This document shows positions 11,323 to 23,900 of a stretch of 64,000 nt of DNA, piece after piece; positions within the stretch are counted from its first letter, which is position 1; every line of letters begins with the position of its first letter. The DNA lies in NCBI GenBank assembly GCA_965112735.1, contig OZ218953.1, positions 5,022,001 through 5,086,000 of the forward strand, given 5' to 3'. The stretch comes from Phaeosaccion multiseriatum. Taxonomy: Eukaryota; Protista; Ochrophyta, other classes. Under the pieces are notes generated by a model. It was not told where the DNA came from. It made no database searches and saw nothing but the letters and a program-made list of their open reading frames with translations. The translations under genes and the position numbers were made by a program.

Positions 11323-14300
11323 CCCTAAACCGCGAAAACCTCCGCAAGTGGGTTTTAGAGGTCATCATCGACTTTCGGGAGAATTAATTTTAAGACCCAC
11401 TAAAGTGGGTCTTAGCGCCTTTTTTTGCCTCTTGTTTCAGGGCATCTCTCTCCTTGTTGCAGACGTATCAACACTCCAGCTCTTTACAGAAGGTAGTCAA
11501 GATCACTCTGTAACTTCTGCGAGAGCTTCGGCTGGTGAAGACACCGATTGTAGCACATACGCTCGTTCCGCTCCGGGCATAGCTCCTTCCCGCGTCTTCA
11601 CGGAGAGGTCGGCAAATGCCATGCAGACGGGCACACAGCAGCGCAAGATGGCTCAGGAGCCTTCGCCGTCACACATAAGGAGGGGACAGAGGAAACGGAA
11701 GGAGAATTCCAGGTTTAAGGATGGAAATGTGGCCGATAGTGGGTCAGCAGAACCGCGGCAACCAGGACAGGGGGGAGACCAGAGCAAGAGAAGAATGAGT
11801 GTGTCGGCGTGTGCAGCTAACCCCAAAGTAGACGGTACTATGACAGCGAGTACGCCGACGAAGATGGCGGGGAAAGAAGGAGCCGCACCACCAGTCTCAG
11901 CTCAACTCGGCGGGGGGGTGGCCTCGGCAGCAGGCGGCCCACGGTTCTTTGACTCTGGTGCTGATACGGGAATGCAGCTCACAGACAAGGAGAACTGGAG
12001 CGACACACTGCAGCCTCTGTCTGGCCATCACCTTAGGCAGGACAGTGCAAGTGGCAGTGCGACTGGTATCGCACCATCTGCGGCGCCTGCTAGCGTCGCG
12101 AATTTGGCGGGAAGTAGTAGAGGCGCAGGAGGGAAGGGAAGAGGAGGAGGTGGTGGTGTGAACATGAGCACAGAACGGGGGGCAGGAAGTGGTCAACCGA
12201 ATGGGGGCTTAGGGACCAATGGCCCAGTCTTCGCCGGAGGGTTACAAGGCCCCGGATCGAGCAGAGGAAGAGGCCGAGGAGGACGAGGCAGAGGAGGTGG
12301 AGTGGCAGCAGCTGGGCGAGGGCGAGGAGCGACGCGGAGGCAAGGGCTGGCCGATGGTTGGGCAGAGGAGAAGGGCCCGGCGCATGGATGGAAAAGACTC
12401 GTGAAGCCTGGCCGTGCTGGCACGAAATTCAATCTGCAGCTCCAGGGGGAAAGTGTTGGGGAAGACTTCATCGAGAGAGGTATAGGTTGGTCTCTGCCAG
12501 TGTCGTGAACAAACTCAGGATTTACATGCGGGCAAAGATTTTATCATCCTCGGAGGCGGACGCTATTCGCTTCTTTGTCGGCGATGCGGTGCGTCTCCTG
12601 AGGGAGTGGGCGAACGAAAGTATTCACTTAAACGACTCGGAGGCAGCAGGGGGGAGGACGGGCGAGGGGCCGAAGGAAAGGGCGGACGTGACGACAAAGG
12701 AGATGGAGCAGTGGATGGGGATGTTCCTGATTACGTCTACGAGCAGCATGTCACTCAAGATGGACGTGGACATAATGGAGCGCTTGGGCCTGACGCCCCT
12801 TACAGTGGACCGATTCAATGAGATCATGGGGTACCTCCTGCCGTACTCTCCCATGCCGCTGCAGGACCATCAGGTGAGTAGGAAGGATGGTGCGCGTGGG
12901 AGGTTGTAGTAGAACAGCCGTAGTCAGTGTTACCCGACGACCACTGGTTGTTGGGACATCATATACAGCCAGTCCGTGCCTGCTGCCGTCCACCGCCCCA
13001 ACCACGCGCCCAACACCCACACTCCTCTCCCCCTCCTCCCCTCTTCACCCTTCCTTTCGTCTGGCGGTGTCCAAGCAGGGCGCCTGGGTAGGCGCACGCG
13101 ATCTTACGAGCTTGGTTGGCGAGTTCGAGCGTACGGCGTACAAGAAGTCTTGTGTACTCCCGGACAAAGGGGGGGGGTGGACGGCCACACGCAATATCGT
13201 CAAGTGATAACGAAGGAGAACCAACGCGCAACGTGGCAGCAGAGAGTGGTGCTTTCGATACTGCAGAGCCTCAGCACCAACGCCTTCCTCGCCTTCCGCA
13301 TGCGTAAGGTCGGGGCTGAGCATCTCCAAAAAGGCCAATACCGTGGGATGAATGGACACCGCCGTCAGCTCAACAGAGTCTGCAGCCTGGCGGACTTCGC
13401 CTACGCCGCGGGGTTCCAGCTGTTGGAGGAAGCTCAGGAAGGCACGCCAAGTCCAGAGGACGGGAAGGCAGGGGGTAGGCAGCAGGGTGTTGCTCAGTCA
13501 GCAGTCAATGAGGAGGATAACAGCAGCTCGAGGAAGGCGGGCCGCTCGGTTGGAAGGGTGCCGCGGGACTCGCGCATCTGTGCCCCTCCTGTGAGGTACA
13601 GGATACCGTACTTCGACGAGGGCGGAGAAGGCTGTGCATTCAGACTCAACCGCTCCCTCGACCACATCCCGCAGAGCATGTCGCACAGGGCGGGGGCGGA
13701 CGGCGTGCCCAAGCAGAGTCCTCGTTGCCAGCCAGTACTGCCAAGAACAACGGTCTTGGTATCGCTGTCCCACATGTCGAGTGTACCTCTGCGTCTCTAA
13801 CTCCAAAGGAGAGGAGGCGTGCTTCCGGAGATGGCACACCCGCAAGCGACTCGCTGGAGCTGCGGGATGTGCCGTCCAGAGAGGGCACTCTACTACTTCA
13901 GGGAAAAGCGGGAGCGGACGTGTGGGCGGAGCGAGTGGAGGAGGAGGCGGAGGAGGAGCCAACCGACGGCACAGCGCTCCTGCGGCAGGCGCAGGTCAGG
14001 GAGGGAGGGCACAGGTGGGGGCGCCCAGGAGACACAGCCATACCGGCTCGACGACGTCGGGGGGGGGACAGTGGCACTGGAGGAAGCCCCCACCATCACG
14101 CGCTTGCCCACCGCCGCTTAGGAGGGGGCAGCGGAGGACGCACTGGTGGTCGCGGAGGAGAAGACTGCGCAGGAGGGGGGGACGGCGGATCTGTCTCGAG
14201 CAATTGCAGTGGTAGTGGTGGAGAAGGAAGAAGGGGGGCGGACGGAACAAGCAAGGCTCAGGGGACGAGGAGGAGAGACTCTGCGGGAGGAGATGAGAGG

Positions 14301-15107
14301 TGCGGGAGGGGAGGAGACGGTGCAGGGGCGGCAGCGGCATCACGCGACAGAGCGCATCCGCCGAGGGGCAGCAGTGGAGTCGGGTCCAGCGGCATGAGGG
14401 CCGCAGCGGAAGGAGCAGTGGTGGCAAAGCAGCCAGCAGAGGCGGTTGCTGGTCGGCATGTAGGGAAGAAGGCGCGTTCGAGACAGCCACGGCGGCGGCA
14501 GAAGGAGGCCGCGACGCTCTCGCACGAGTACTTCAGGGAGGATTCGAATGACGAGCTCGCGACGACCGCACAGCAGAGCCGGGCCAGCACGAAGGGGGAA
14601 CAAGAGTGGAGGTGGAGGAGCATGTACAACGGGAGGGCCACACGCGTGTGCGGCCGCAGGTGGCGGGCAAGCGTGCCGTATGCCCATGGTGGAAGAGAGA
14701 AACCACAAGTGCAAGACGTGTGGTGCACCTGTGCACGCCATTTGTTGTGATGTGACCATGGGGGTGGAGGGGAGCGGTCTTGTATGTTACGAACACTTCT
14801 CACCGCTCCCGTGAGCCACACTAGGGCCCCTGGGAGGGCACCAATACTCATATACAGCCCCTAGAAACCCACCCGCTAAGACCCATTAAAGTGGGTCTTA
14901 GCCACAATTTTGACTGAGCATTTTCCTTCATCCCAAATGGCCTCTTCTCGTCCCCCGTTACCCGCACAACTTTCTATACCGACTAAGGACATCTTGATCT
15001 TTCATTTTGTACGAGAGATGCATGGGTCATCTCCGACGGGATCACCTGCTTTTGGGCCTCCAAAGTTGTAGACCCACTTTAGTGGGTCTTAAATTTGCGG
15101 TTTAGGG
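11323..15107 (+). mobile_element. piggyBac-superfamily DNA transposon, non-autonomous internal-deletion derivative (3785 bp), ATAT TSD
   Basis: TIR CCCTAAACCGC (11323) / GCGGTTTAGGG (ends 15107), flanked on both sides by ATAT. Subterminal palindrome TAAGACCCACTAAAGTGGGTCTTA or close variants at ~11391, ~14877 and ~15069. Transposase remnants: DVTTKEMEQWMG..RFNEIMGYL, GGVD..Q, TWQQRV..STNAF, and the Cys-rich tail RSWYRCPTCRVYLC...CFRRWH. Confidence 0.85.
11621..14814 (+). pseudogene. Fragmented piggyBac-like transposase with Gly/Arg-rich N-terminus, C-terminal CRD and an extra Cys/His finger
   Basis: Pieces lie in different frames (ORFs 11348-12508, 12358-12909, 12976-13800, 13634-14215, 14548-14814). 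Most of the catalytic core between RF..I..L and GGVD is missing. Confidence 0.7.
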
Positions 15108-15112
15108 ATATA

Positions 15113-15562
15113 AAGTGCCATCTATGATTGTCTAAAAGTAATGTCTCACCGCCCCGGGGAACTTAGTCCCCGAGGTCGTAATCCCTCCGATGCGTTAGTT
15201 CTCCCGATTGGCATAAAGTTGATGCCAGCCAGGATCGTATGGCGAATCGATCTATCGTATCGAGCCCGCTGGAGCGCAACGGCTAGACGCCGCCGAATGA
15301 CGCAAACAGCCCGCGCATAAGCTCTCATGTCCAGATGTTCGTGCCCCCCAGCCATGTGGGTGGCGAGTGTTTTGATAAACATCTGTGCTGACGGACCAAA
15401 TGCGCCTTGCTGCTCCATCCCAAAAGGGACGAGATGATACCTCGTGGGGTCATAGTGGATGTCTCCACCCTGGCCCTCCATGCCTCGATGTGGCACACCA
15501 TACCTGGGGAGGGGCGGTGAGACGTTACTTTTAGACAAGTAAAAAAAAAAAGACAAAAAAAA
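15113..15562 (-). mobile_element. Second CRE-like retrotransposon 3' fragment joined to an inverted copy of its own 3' end plus A-rich tail
   Basis: 15113-15503 is closely similar to 3928-4296. 15511-15538 (GGGGCGGTGAGACGTTACTTTTAGACAA) is the near-exact reverse complement of 15128-15155 and is followed by GTAAAAAAAAAAAGACAAAAAAAA. Confidence 0.75.
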
Positions 15563-15586
15563 TCCCTCCCAAGTCCACTGCCTCCA

Positions 15587-17529
15587 ATGCTTGGGGGGAG
15601 TATGATGCGCGCGGGGATCCTCCTTGGTTGCGTGAGTGCACTTTCTTTTGGAACTTCCCAACATGCCTTGCTGGATGAAGCCATAGCCTTGATGAAGGAC
15701 ATGCTCGTCTTGCCACAAGAGGGTTCCCGAGAGATCAGCTGGGAGGACAAGCGGAGAGAGGCAATTGAGCGTGCAGCAGTGGAAGCTCGGCATGCACCTG
15801 AGGAAAGCAGAGAGGAAGGAAAGAAGAGGAGGGGGAGGAAGTCCAGGATACCAGCCGTCTCGCTCGCTCAGCGGGAGGTGGAGGAGCTGATGGCGATCGT
15901 TGACGATCCCTACTCCAGGTTCTTTCCACCCACGAGCTTCGAACATGCCGTGGAGGAAGTCCGAGGGGCGACGGGAGACATGGTGAGGAACAGATGAGCA
16001 GAGGAGTGGGAAGGAAGAGAGGAAAGGGAGGAAGGGGAAGGTGAAGGTACCCTGCTCCGGAGGAGTGAGGTGAAGAAAATGTCGCGAGGAGCTGCGCACT
16101 CTCTCCCTCCTTTACCCACCGACGTCTGCTTGTGCCATACCCTCCCCTGCTGCCACTATGCACTCTTGTTTGTCGCTCGCTTCACACGACGTTTCCCAGG
16201 GTTTGGGCATCCTCCTCCGAAGGCAGTGGTGCCTGCCCAAACTCATCAAGGAGACACTGCTGGCCGGCCTCCGTCCGTCCTCCCACGAATCCTCCCACTC
16301 CTCTCCCACCACCCCAGCGACGCCGCACACGCACACGCACCGCCACCGTAGCCCCACCCCTTGGGCCGCCCCCCCCTCGGAGGAGGAGCGTTCGCGGTCG
16401 GCGGACTGTGACGAGCACGCGAGACGCCACCGCCCCCTCTTCACAGCGCTCGCCCTCCTCCCCCCCGCCTTGCTGTGGGCAGGACGCTCGCCTGCCGTCC
16501 AGGCGGTGGCCTTGGGTGCTGCTGTGGCGTGTGCTCTTGGGCCCGCCTATTGGCCTCGAGTGTGTGGGGGAGTTCAGCCGGGGAGCGCTGCGGCGAATGG
16601 TAAGTACCGCTTAAATAAGTAACAGACTCTGTCTTAATTGCTTTTATTGGTCAATCCTTGTTTCTTAAATTTTAATTGAGTTGTTGCTTGATAGAGCGAC
16701 AGCTATAGACCCACCAACTTTGTTGTGCTTGCTGCTTCGCTTGTGCACCCTCTGCTAGAGACCCCCTTGTCTTTCCTGTCCACCTCTCTCAGCCCCCCCC
16801 CCCCCTTCCCCATCTCTCATATCTATGTGTGCGCCCTCCCTCCCCCAATGTGCTCTCTCCCACACCCTTCCCTGCTCGAAGCCGGCATCTTGCCAGGAGA
16901 CCACTTCATTCGTATTGGACCCGACAAGAGGAGGCAGCAAGGAGGAGAAGAAGCAGAGGAGGGCGGGAAACAAGCAACAAGGGAGAGGCGCAGAGGGAGG
17001 AGGGGAAGGTCGTCTGGGGCAGAAGCAAGGGTAGAAGCTGTGGTGTGGAGGCCTAGTGCTCAGAGCCAACAGCCACGGTGCCGCAGGCGAGGGGATGCCG
17101 GCGCCTCCTCCTATCCCTTGCGCTTCCTCTCTCTTACGCCTCAACCGCTTCGAGAAGAAACAGGTACGAAGTACTTTCTCTTCCATACTTGGACCACAAG
17201 CTCTGTCCCAAGGGAGCATACTATTTGTTGCTGGAATGAAGCACTTTTCACCCTCTAAATGGCTTGCTTGCTTGTGCCCATCCTCTGACTTACCTGTACA
17301 TGTGCCCATTCTCCTTATCCCACTGTATATATTTACATTTACATATATTTTTATCTTCTGCATGTATGTGTGTACATACATGTATGCTTTTATGCTCTTG
17401 CTTCGGACAGTGCTGTGGCGGCGAGTGCTCTTTGGCAGTGTGGGGTACGTGGCGATTCATAACTTTACCCAAGACACCAACTCGGTGAGTCGTCAAACCG
17501 CACGCGCACACACACACTCGCAGACACGC

Positions 17530-17611
<82 letters not shown>

Positions 17612-19447
17612 CTTCACCAGTGTCTGCTTCCCGGCCGTCCTCTCCTCCACATTGTATGGATGTCTCCTTCTTGGCTGCCTTAACGGGGCCCAGTAATCAG
17701 CTGGATTCGGATGTTATTTCAGACGATTAGGGGTTCCACCCCTCCTCAGACGCGCGCTCTCAGCCTCACTCTGACCTGACCATGCCATGCCTCTGACCCT
17801 GATGCCTGATTACTGATATATATTATATATATTGGTATTCAAATATATGTATATATGTATATTGTTGCCTTATATCTGCACGGGGGACCTCTGCTGTTGC
17901 CGGTACATGTATCAGGAGCTCGAACACGCCTTGCAGCAGCTGGTAAGTAAGTAAGCAAGCAAGTACGTAAGCAGTGCAGTACCTTCGTCACCACTCAACT
18001 CCTAACTCAAACTCCAGCTCCAAGCCCCCCCCCCCCCACAAGGCCACTGAAGCCTTTGCTTGTCGTCATCGGCACCAGTACGTCATGATATGTGTGCGCT
18101 GCGTAACTCAAACGCCAGCGCTACGTATTATTATTACTTGTATTATTTATTTAGTGACGATATCACCGTACTGCGCAGCCAAGCATAGCGCAGCAGCAGG
18201 GGAGGCCTCGTCCTGCTTCTTCTCACCTCCCTCTCCGCGTCCCCACTCTCTCCTCGCCTCTGCACATTCATCACTTCACCTCACCTCACCTCACCTCCTC
18301 CTTGTGCGCACACCCACCCACCCACCCACAAACACACACTTTCAGTTTTCTTAGGTGAATCCTATTAAGTCAATAAATGACCCCTCCTCCCCGTGCGTGT
18401 CGACTTCTCTCTTCTCTCCCTCTCTGTTGCGTTACAGAACGGGTCATTGTCCGATGATGCAGACACGGCAAACCAAGACCCCAGAGCCAATAGGGGAAGG
18501 CCCGCTGCCGCACCCCCTCGGAGGCGAGGAGCGCTCGGAGGCTCCGGTGCAGCTGTCAAGATGCTTTGTGTGGACCTCCGTGGAAACTGCGGTGGTCTGT
18601 TCGAGCAGGGGCTTGGAGTGTCTTCCATCTTCCTTCCTGCCGACTCTGTCATCGTTCGCTACCGGGTAAATGTGTGTGTATGTGTGTGTGGGTGCGTGTG
18701 TATGTGTGGGTGCGTGTGTATGTGTGTATGTGTGTATGTGTGTGTGTGTGTGTGTGTGTGCATGTGTGTGTATGTGTGTGTGTGGGTTTGTGTATGTATG
18801 CGTGTACGCAATGCATGTGTGTGGTGAGTGTTCCACTCTTTAGGGGCAAGGACTAGAAAGCTGCAACTTGTACTACTGCTACTCCTACTGCTGCTTTTGC
18901 TGCGGCTGCTACTGCGGCCATTGCTGCGCTGCTGGTGCTGCTGGTGCTGCTGGTGCTGACTACCTCTCCTCTCGTCGCGGTCCATGCAGGTAGCTGGGAA
19001 AGACGCCTCATACGCTATCACGAGCCCCCCTCTGGCCAATAACAAGAGCAAGAGCAACAACACCGGCATGAAGAGGAGGAAAGTGGAGACAGCCCTGGAG
19101 AGGGGCGCAGCCGACGCCTTGGCTCTGGCACGGAGCGCCCCTCTCGTGGTGCTCTGCAATGGAGGTAAGGAGAGTGTGATGCACATGCGAGAGCAAAGGT
19201 GGCATGACATGTGCAGGACAATATACTGACTTACGGGAATCAACCTAAGACTTACGTAATCGCATGTGCAGGACTCGTGTGTTCTGCTCTTCTGACCAAG
19301 GGAAGCTTCTGCTCAGTTCCAGTTTAGTAGACTTATCGTATCCTTTCTTACCCTCAATCGACTTGAGACTGCGATTGCTGAGACTTTCTTTCCCTTGGGG
19401 AACAAATGGCCGGCCAGCGCGCACATGCATACACGCACACGCACACG

Positions 19448-19488
<41 letters not shown>

Positions 19489-20597
19489 ACGCAAACACAC
19501 ACACACCTACAGACCTACACCTTCGCCTATTACCGGTCAGCGCAGAAGCTGTCACTTGTATCATCTTCTACTCAACCCAAACTGAAACAGCCAACCGAAC
19601 CCCACCCCGACCCTGACCCCACACGCGTCCTACAATACGACGACAACGATCGCATGGAAACTCTCACTCACTCACCCACGCGCCGGCAGCTTCCGCGAGC
19701 GGTAAGTGACATCCGTAGACAGACAGACGCGTCGAACGGAGTCAAGGAGTGGGAAACCGGTGCTTTCATGACACATTATCAGTCAGAATAGGCTGAACAC
19801 GCCCATTTGAGAGGAAAGCTGGTTAAGTCTATGTTGCAGTGTTCTCCTCCCCCTCTTCCCCTCTCCCCCAACCCCCCTCCAGCATCGACTGTGCGTCAAC
19901 CCATCTGCCCCTCTTTTCCCGCACCTCCATGTTATGATATCTGCTTCTGCTTGCCTTTGCCCAGCCTCGGAAATAGTCGTAGCGGCGCTGAAGGATAACA
20001 AGAGAGCTGCTCTTGTGGTCGGAAGCAGCACATACGGCAAAGGTGAGCACGTCTCGAGCCTTAGCCTTAACGCCTTGAGCTTCTCCGCTTCTTTCTCCAT
20101 ATCCTCCTCCCGCTCCTCCTTCTTGTTCTTTTTCCCCTCCTCCTCCTCCTCCTCCTTATTCTTGTTCTTGCTCTTGTTCTCCTCGTCCTCCTCCTCCTTC
20201 TCTGGCCCTCCCTACATTTCTTCCTCTCCCCCCCTCGGGAGAGAGAGGGAATTAGAGGGTAAAGGCCGCCAAGGCTTTGACGAGTTTTAGTACCCTCACA
20301 CAAAACCGCCGCCCAACGTGGCTTACAACAGTCTTACAACAGTAGTACTTTGTGCCCGTTCTTCCCTTTCTCCCCATTCTCCCTCCCGAACACCTTGCAG
20401 GCCTGGGTCAAGCCTACCTGAAACTCAAAGACGGATCCGGGGTGCTCTTTTCGTGCCTAGAGAGCTTCACGCCCAACCACCGCAGCATCGAGGGGAGAGG
20501 CGTGTGTCCCCACCTCCCCTTGCCGTGGGCGATACTGAGGGGCAGGCACGTACCCACCCGCCGTCCCTCCGCCCTCACCAAGCGCGAATGGGTATGA
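15587..20597 (+). CDS. ctpA: Carboxyl-terminal processing peptidase (S41A, CtpA-like), multi-exon
   Basis: Ordered S41 motifs across GT-AG exons: DDPYSRF; VQPGSAAA/AGILPGD (PDZ); VGYVAIHNF; ELEHALQQL (17916-17942); VDLRGNCGGL (18438-18665); PLVVLCNG (18990-19164); 12-nt exon 19690-19701; ASEIVVAALKDNKRA...TYGKG (19965-20042); LGQ..LKDGSG...GVCP (20401-20597). The N-terminus is hydrophobic and signal-like. Confidence 0.88.
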
Positions 20598-20972
20598 TTA
20601 AATCACACGCTATGAATCGTACGGGTGAAGGTATGGAGGTGTGAAGGAGACGGGAGGGAGGCCAGAGGCAGGCAGACAACGTGGCACAACTTGGAGCATG
20701 TTGAAACATGTTGGAACAAGATGTGGCTTGGCATGGTCTGGCATGGTCTGGCGTGGTCTGGCTGGTCTGGCAGTGCCGTGGTAGTGCGCAAGTACGTAGT
20801 GCCCGCGGACGGTCTTGAAGTGTAGCACCACATCGCGAAGCAGAAGCAGAGCATGAACCATGGACCATGAACCACCCTCCCCCAGCCCAGCCAACTTCGG
20901 ACCGCGACATGGAGAGGAGAGGCTCTTCTAGACGGTCGTGACCGCTGCTGCTGCCGCTGCTGCTGCTGCTGC

Positions 20973-23900
20973 TTACTGCTCTGCTCTGCTCTGCCCTGCA
21001 CTACACGCCTTTCTTTTCTTCCGCGGGCAAAGAATTGCCTGGGCCCGCCAAAGGCCACAAGGCCAAAGACCAACTGGTGAGGAAAAGCCCACACCCCACC
21101 AGCCGTGCGCACTGCTCGATGGCAGCTGAAGGCGACCGAGGCTAAGAGAGAGGCACCGAGAGAGGTGTGACCAGTGCCAGCCCCAGCGTCGTTCGCACAC
21201 TTCCTCGTTAGTACCACTTGCACCGCTCGCCCCGTCCGGCTGGGCAGGAACAGCAAGGGCCACTACCCACCACTGAGAGAAGACACTGTCCACCGTGGGG
21301 CAACTCTCGCTTTTCACCCGGGCAACGACCTATGAATGGCCTTGCATAACGCCGGGTGCTGCTGCTGTATCACCAACTGTTGGTGCTGCTGGGACCCAGT
21401 GGAGAAGGGTGTGGTTGTGCTTGAGCGGCTTGTGCAGCGACGATGCTTGGGACTCTTGAGCTGGCGTATGAGACGCTCGGCCATTTCTAAAGCCCCGTCG
21501 GCTCTTTGCAGGAGGCGGGCAGAGGAGGGGCCGACAGTGGAGTTGTGGGGAGAATGGTGAGGAGAGTGGCAGTCGTCGCCAATCTCCTTCCCTCCCTCTC
21601 GTTCGCCTGCGGTTATTGCCCCTTTCAAGCGTCGCCTTTCTTCACCGGAGGCACGATGAGGGGACCAGGGGTCGCTCCTGATGTCCGTCCGATTAGCGCA
21701 TGACGAGAGAGAGGCGAGGCAAAAGGGCAGGCACCGTTAGACAGGGAGGGAGACACAGCGAGGCAAAAAGATTGATCGAAAGATAACCGGGGATGGTGGG
21801 GGCAAGGGCTGACAAAAGGGCAGTGCTCGCTTACTCACGTACTCATTCACACACCCAACCACGTACTCACCCACCCACTCACTCACTCACTCGCTCACTC
21901 ACTCACTCACTCACTCACTCATTCACTCACTGACTCTCTCACTCACTCAGTTACCCACTCACTCACCCACACACCCACCCGCACACCCACCCACCCACAC
22001 ACACCCTTAGTCACTCACTCACTCACAAACTCACTTACTCACTCACTCACTTACTCACTCACTCACCCACGCCCTCACTCACTCACTCACTCACTCACTC
22101 ACTCACTCACTCACTCTCTCCCTTACTCACTCACTCACTCACCCTCACTCATTTACTCACTCACTCACTCTCACTCACTCACTTAACAACACTCACTCAC
22201 CGGATGGAAGATGGCGTGGATAAGGGTGATGACGTCGCGGAGTAAGGCAGTTGCAGATCGTGGAGACCAGCCAAGGCCAGGCCAGGATGTAGGGGGAGCG
22301 GTGAGATCGGCGACGATGGTGATAGCAAAGGGGAAGAAGCAGCAGAGCCGAGGATGGCAGTGGAAGAGACGGAGGGGGGGGCTGCAGCAGTGGGGGGCGA
22401 AGGGGATGGCAACCGGCCTGACCACCCTTCCTCCTCCTCTTCCTCCTCCTCTGGGCCCTCCTCAGCTGGCCGCACATTGGGCTGATCATCATGACATTGA
22501 GGAGTGCGTGGCCCAGAGACGATTCCTCCCATGGCGAGGAGGCTGTCCCTCAAACAGTCCGCCTCAAACCGAGCCTCGCTGGCCATCTGAAAGGCAGCGT
22601 CACGCTCGTCCTTTAGGCTGAAACAAGAAAAAGGGGCAATGTAATGCACAAATCAATCGACAAATCAATCACTCATTTGTGTGTGTGGTTGTCTAGGTGC
22701 AACAATGACAAAATAAATTTTGCATTTATCTGGGGAGGGAGGAGCAAAGGAAGGAAAGTTAGCAAGCAAAGTTGTAATCATTTTCTTTGCCCGCTACTGG
22801 AGCCGTTCCCGGATTTCCTTCCGCACGCACCCACACACACACGCACACACGCACCTTTGGATCTCCTCCTTTTGCCTCTCCACGAGCCATAGAGCGTGTG
22901 TGAGTTGGAGTGTCGTGTCCGTTCGCTGCTCTTGCTCTACGGCTCTACTGGTGCTCATGCTGGAGCTGCCACCACTACCACCACCACCACCACCGGCACG
23001 GGCTTTCATATTCACACCCGGATCACAGGTGCCCGCTCTCTCCTCCTCCTCCTGCTGCTGCATTATCAATTGTTGCTGCTCCTGCTGCTGCTGTCGTTGC
23101 GGGCTATCCTGCTGCTGTATTACCAACTGCTGCGGCTCGTGCCTCAACGCGCAGCTGCTTTCAGATGTTTTCTCAGGTTGCACAATGCAGCTCCGCTTCG
23201 GTAGCAGCAGTTCTCCTCCCTCTTTTCTCTCTTGCCCGCTGCCGCCCTGCAGGAGTTGCCAAGCAAGCTTCTCCCTCAGCTGGCGCTGTATCACCAACCG
23301 TTGCTGCGCCAGCCCCGCCTTGATCACAGTGCCTCCGATCACGTGCTCTGCTCGCACGTGGACCCCCTCCACGGAAGGAACGAACGATCCGCAAGAGGCG
23401 GGCAGGTAGGTAGGTAAGTAGGTAGGAAGGAGGGAGGAAGGAAGGAGGTAGGTAGGAAGGTAGGAAGAAGACGAAGGAGCCGGGTAGAGTTGGTCGTCGT
23501 CAGCATCACCGAAGTAGTACGATGGGGAGTGAGGGAGAGGGAGAAAGAGAGAGCAAAACCATAAAACCAGGTTCTACAGCCCACGTGGTGCGTGGCTGTA
23601 CTTCCAACTGACTTGAATTCCACACGTATCACACCTACCTTGACCTGGCCGGTCTGTGTATGGAGCATCCCTCCACAGCTCCCCCGCCGCAAGGGTGTGC
23701 CAGCGGTCGCTTGACACCCCTTCCTCGCCTCCTGCCCCTCCTGCTCCCGCTCCTGCTGCGGTTGCTCCTGCGCCTCTCTCCCGGGCGGTTCGCTCAACTG
23801 CTCGGCGGCCGGCCTTCTTCTCCCTGGAGCACCATCCACAGAAGCTCTGGCACCCACAGAAGCCTTGGCACCCCTTCTCGCGCCGCCCCTCCTATTGAGA

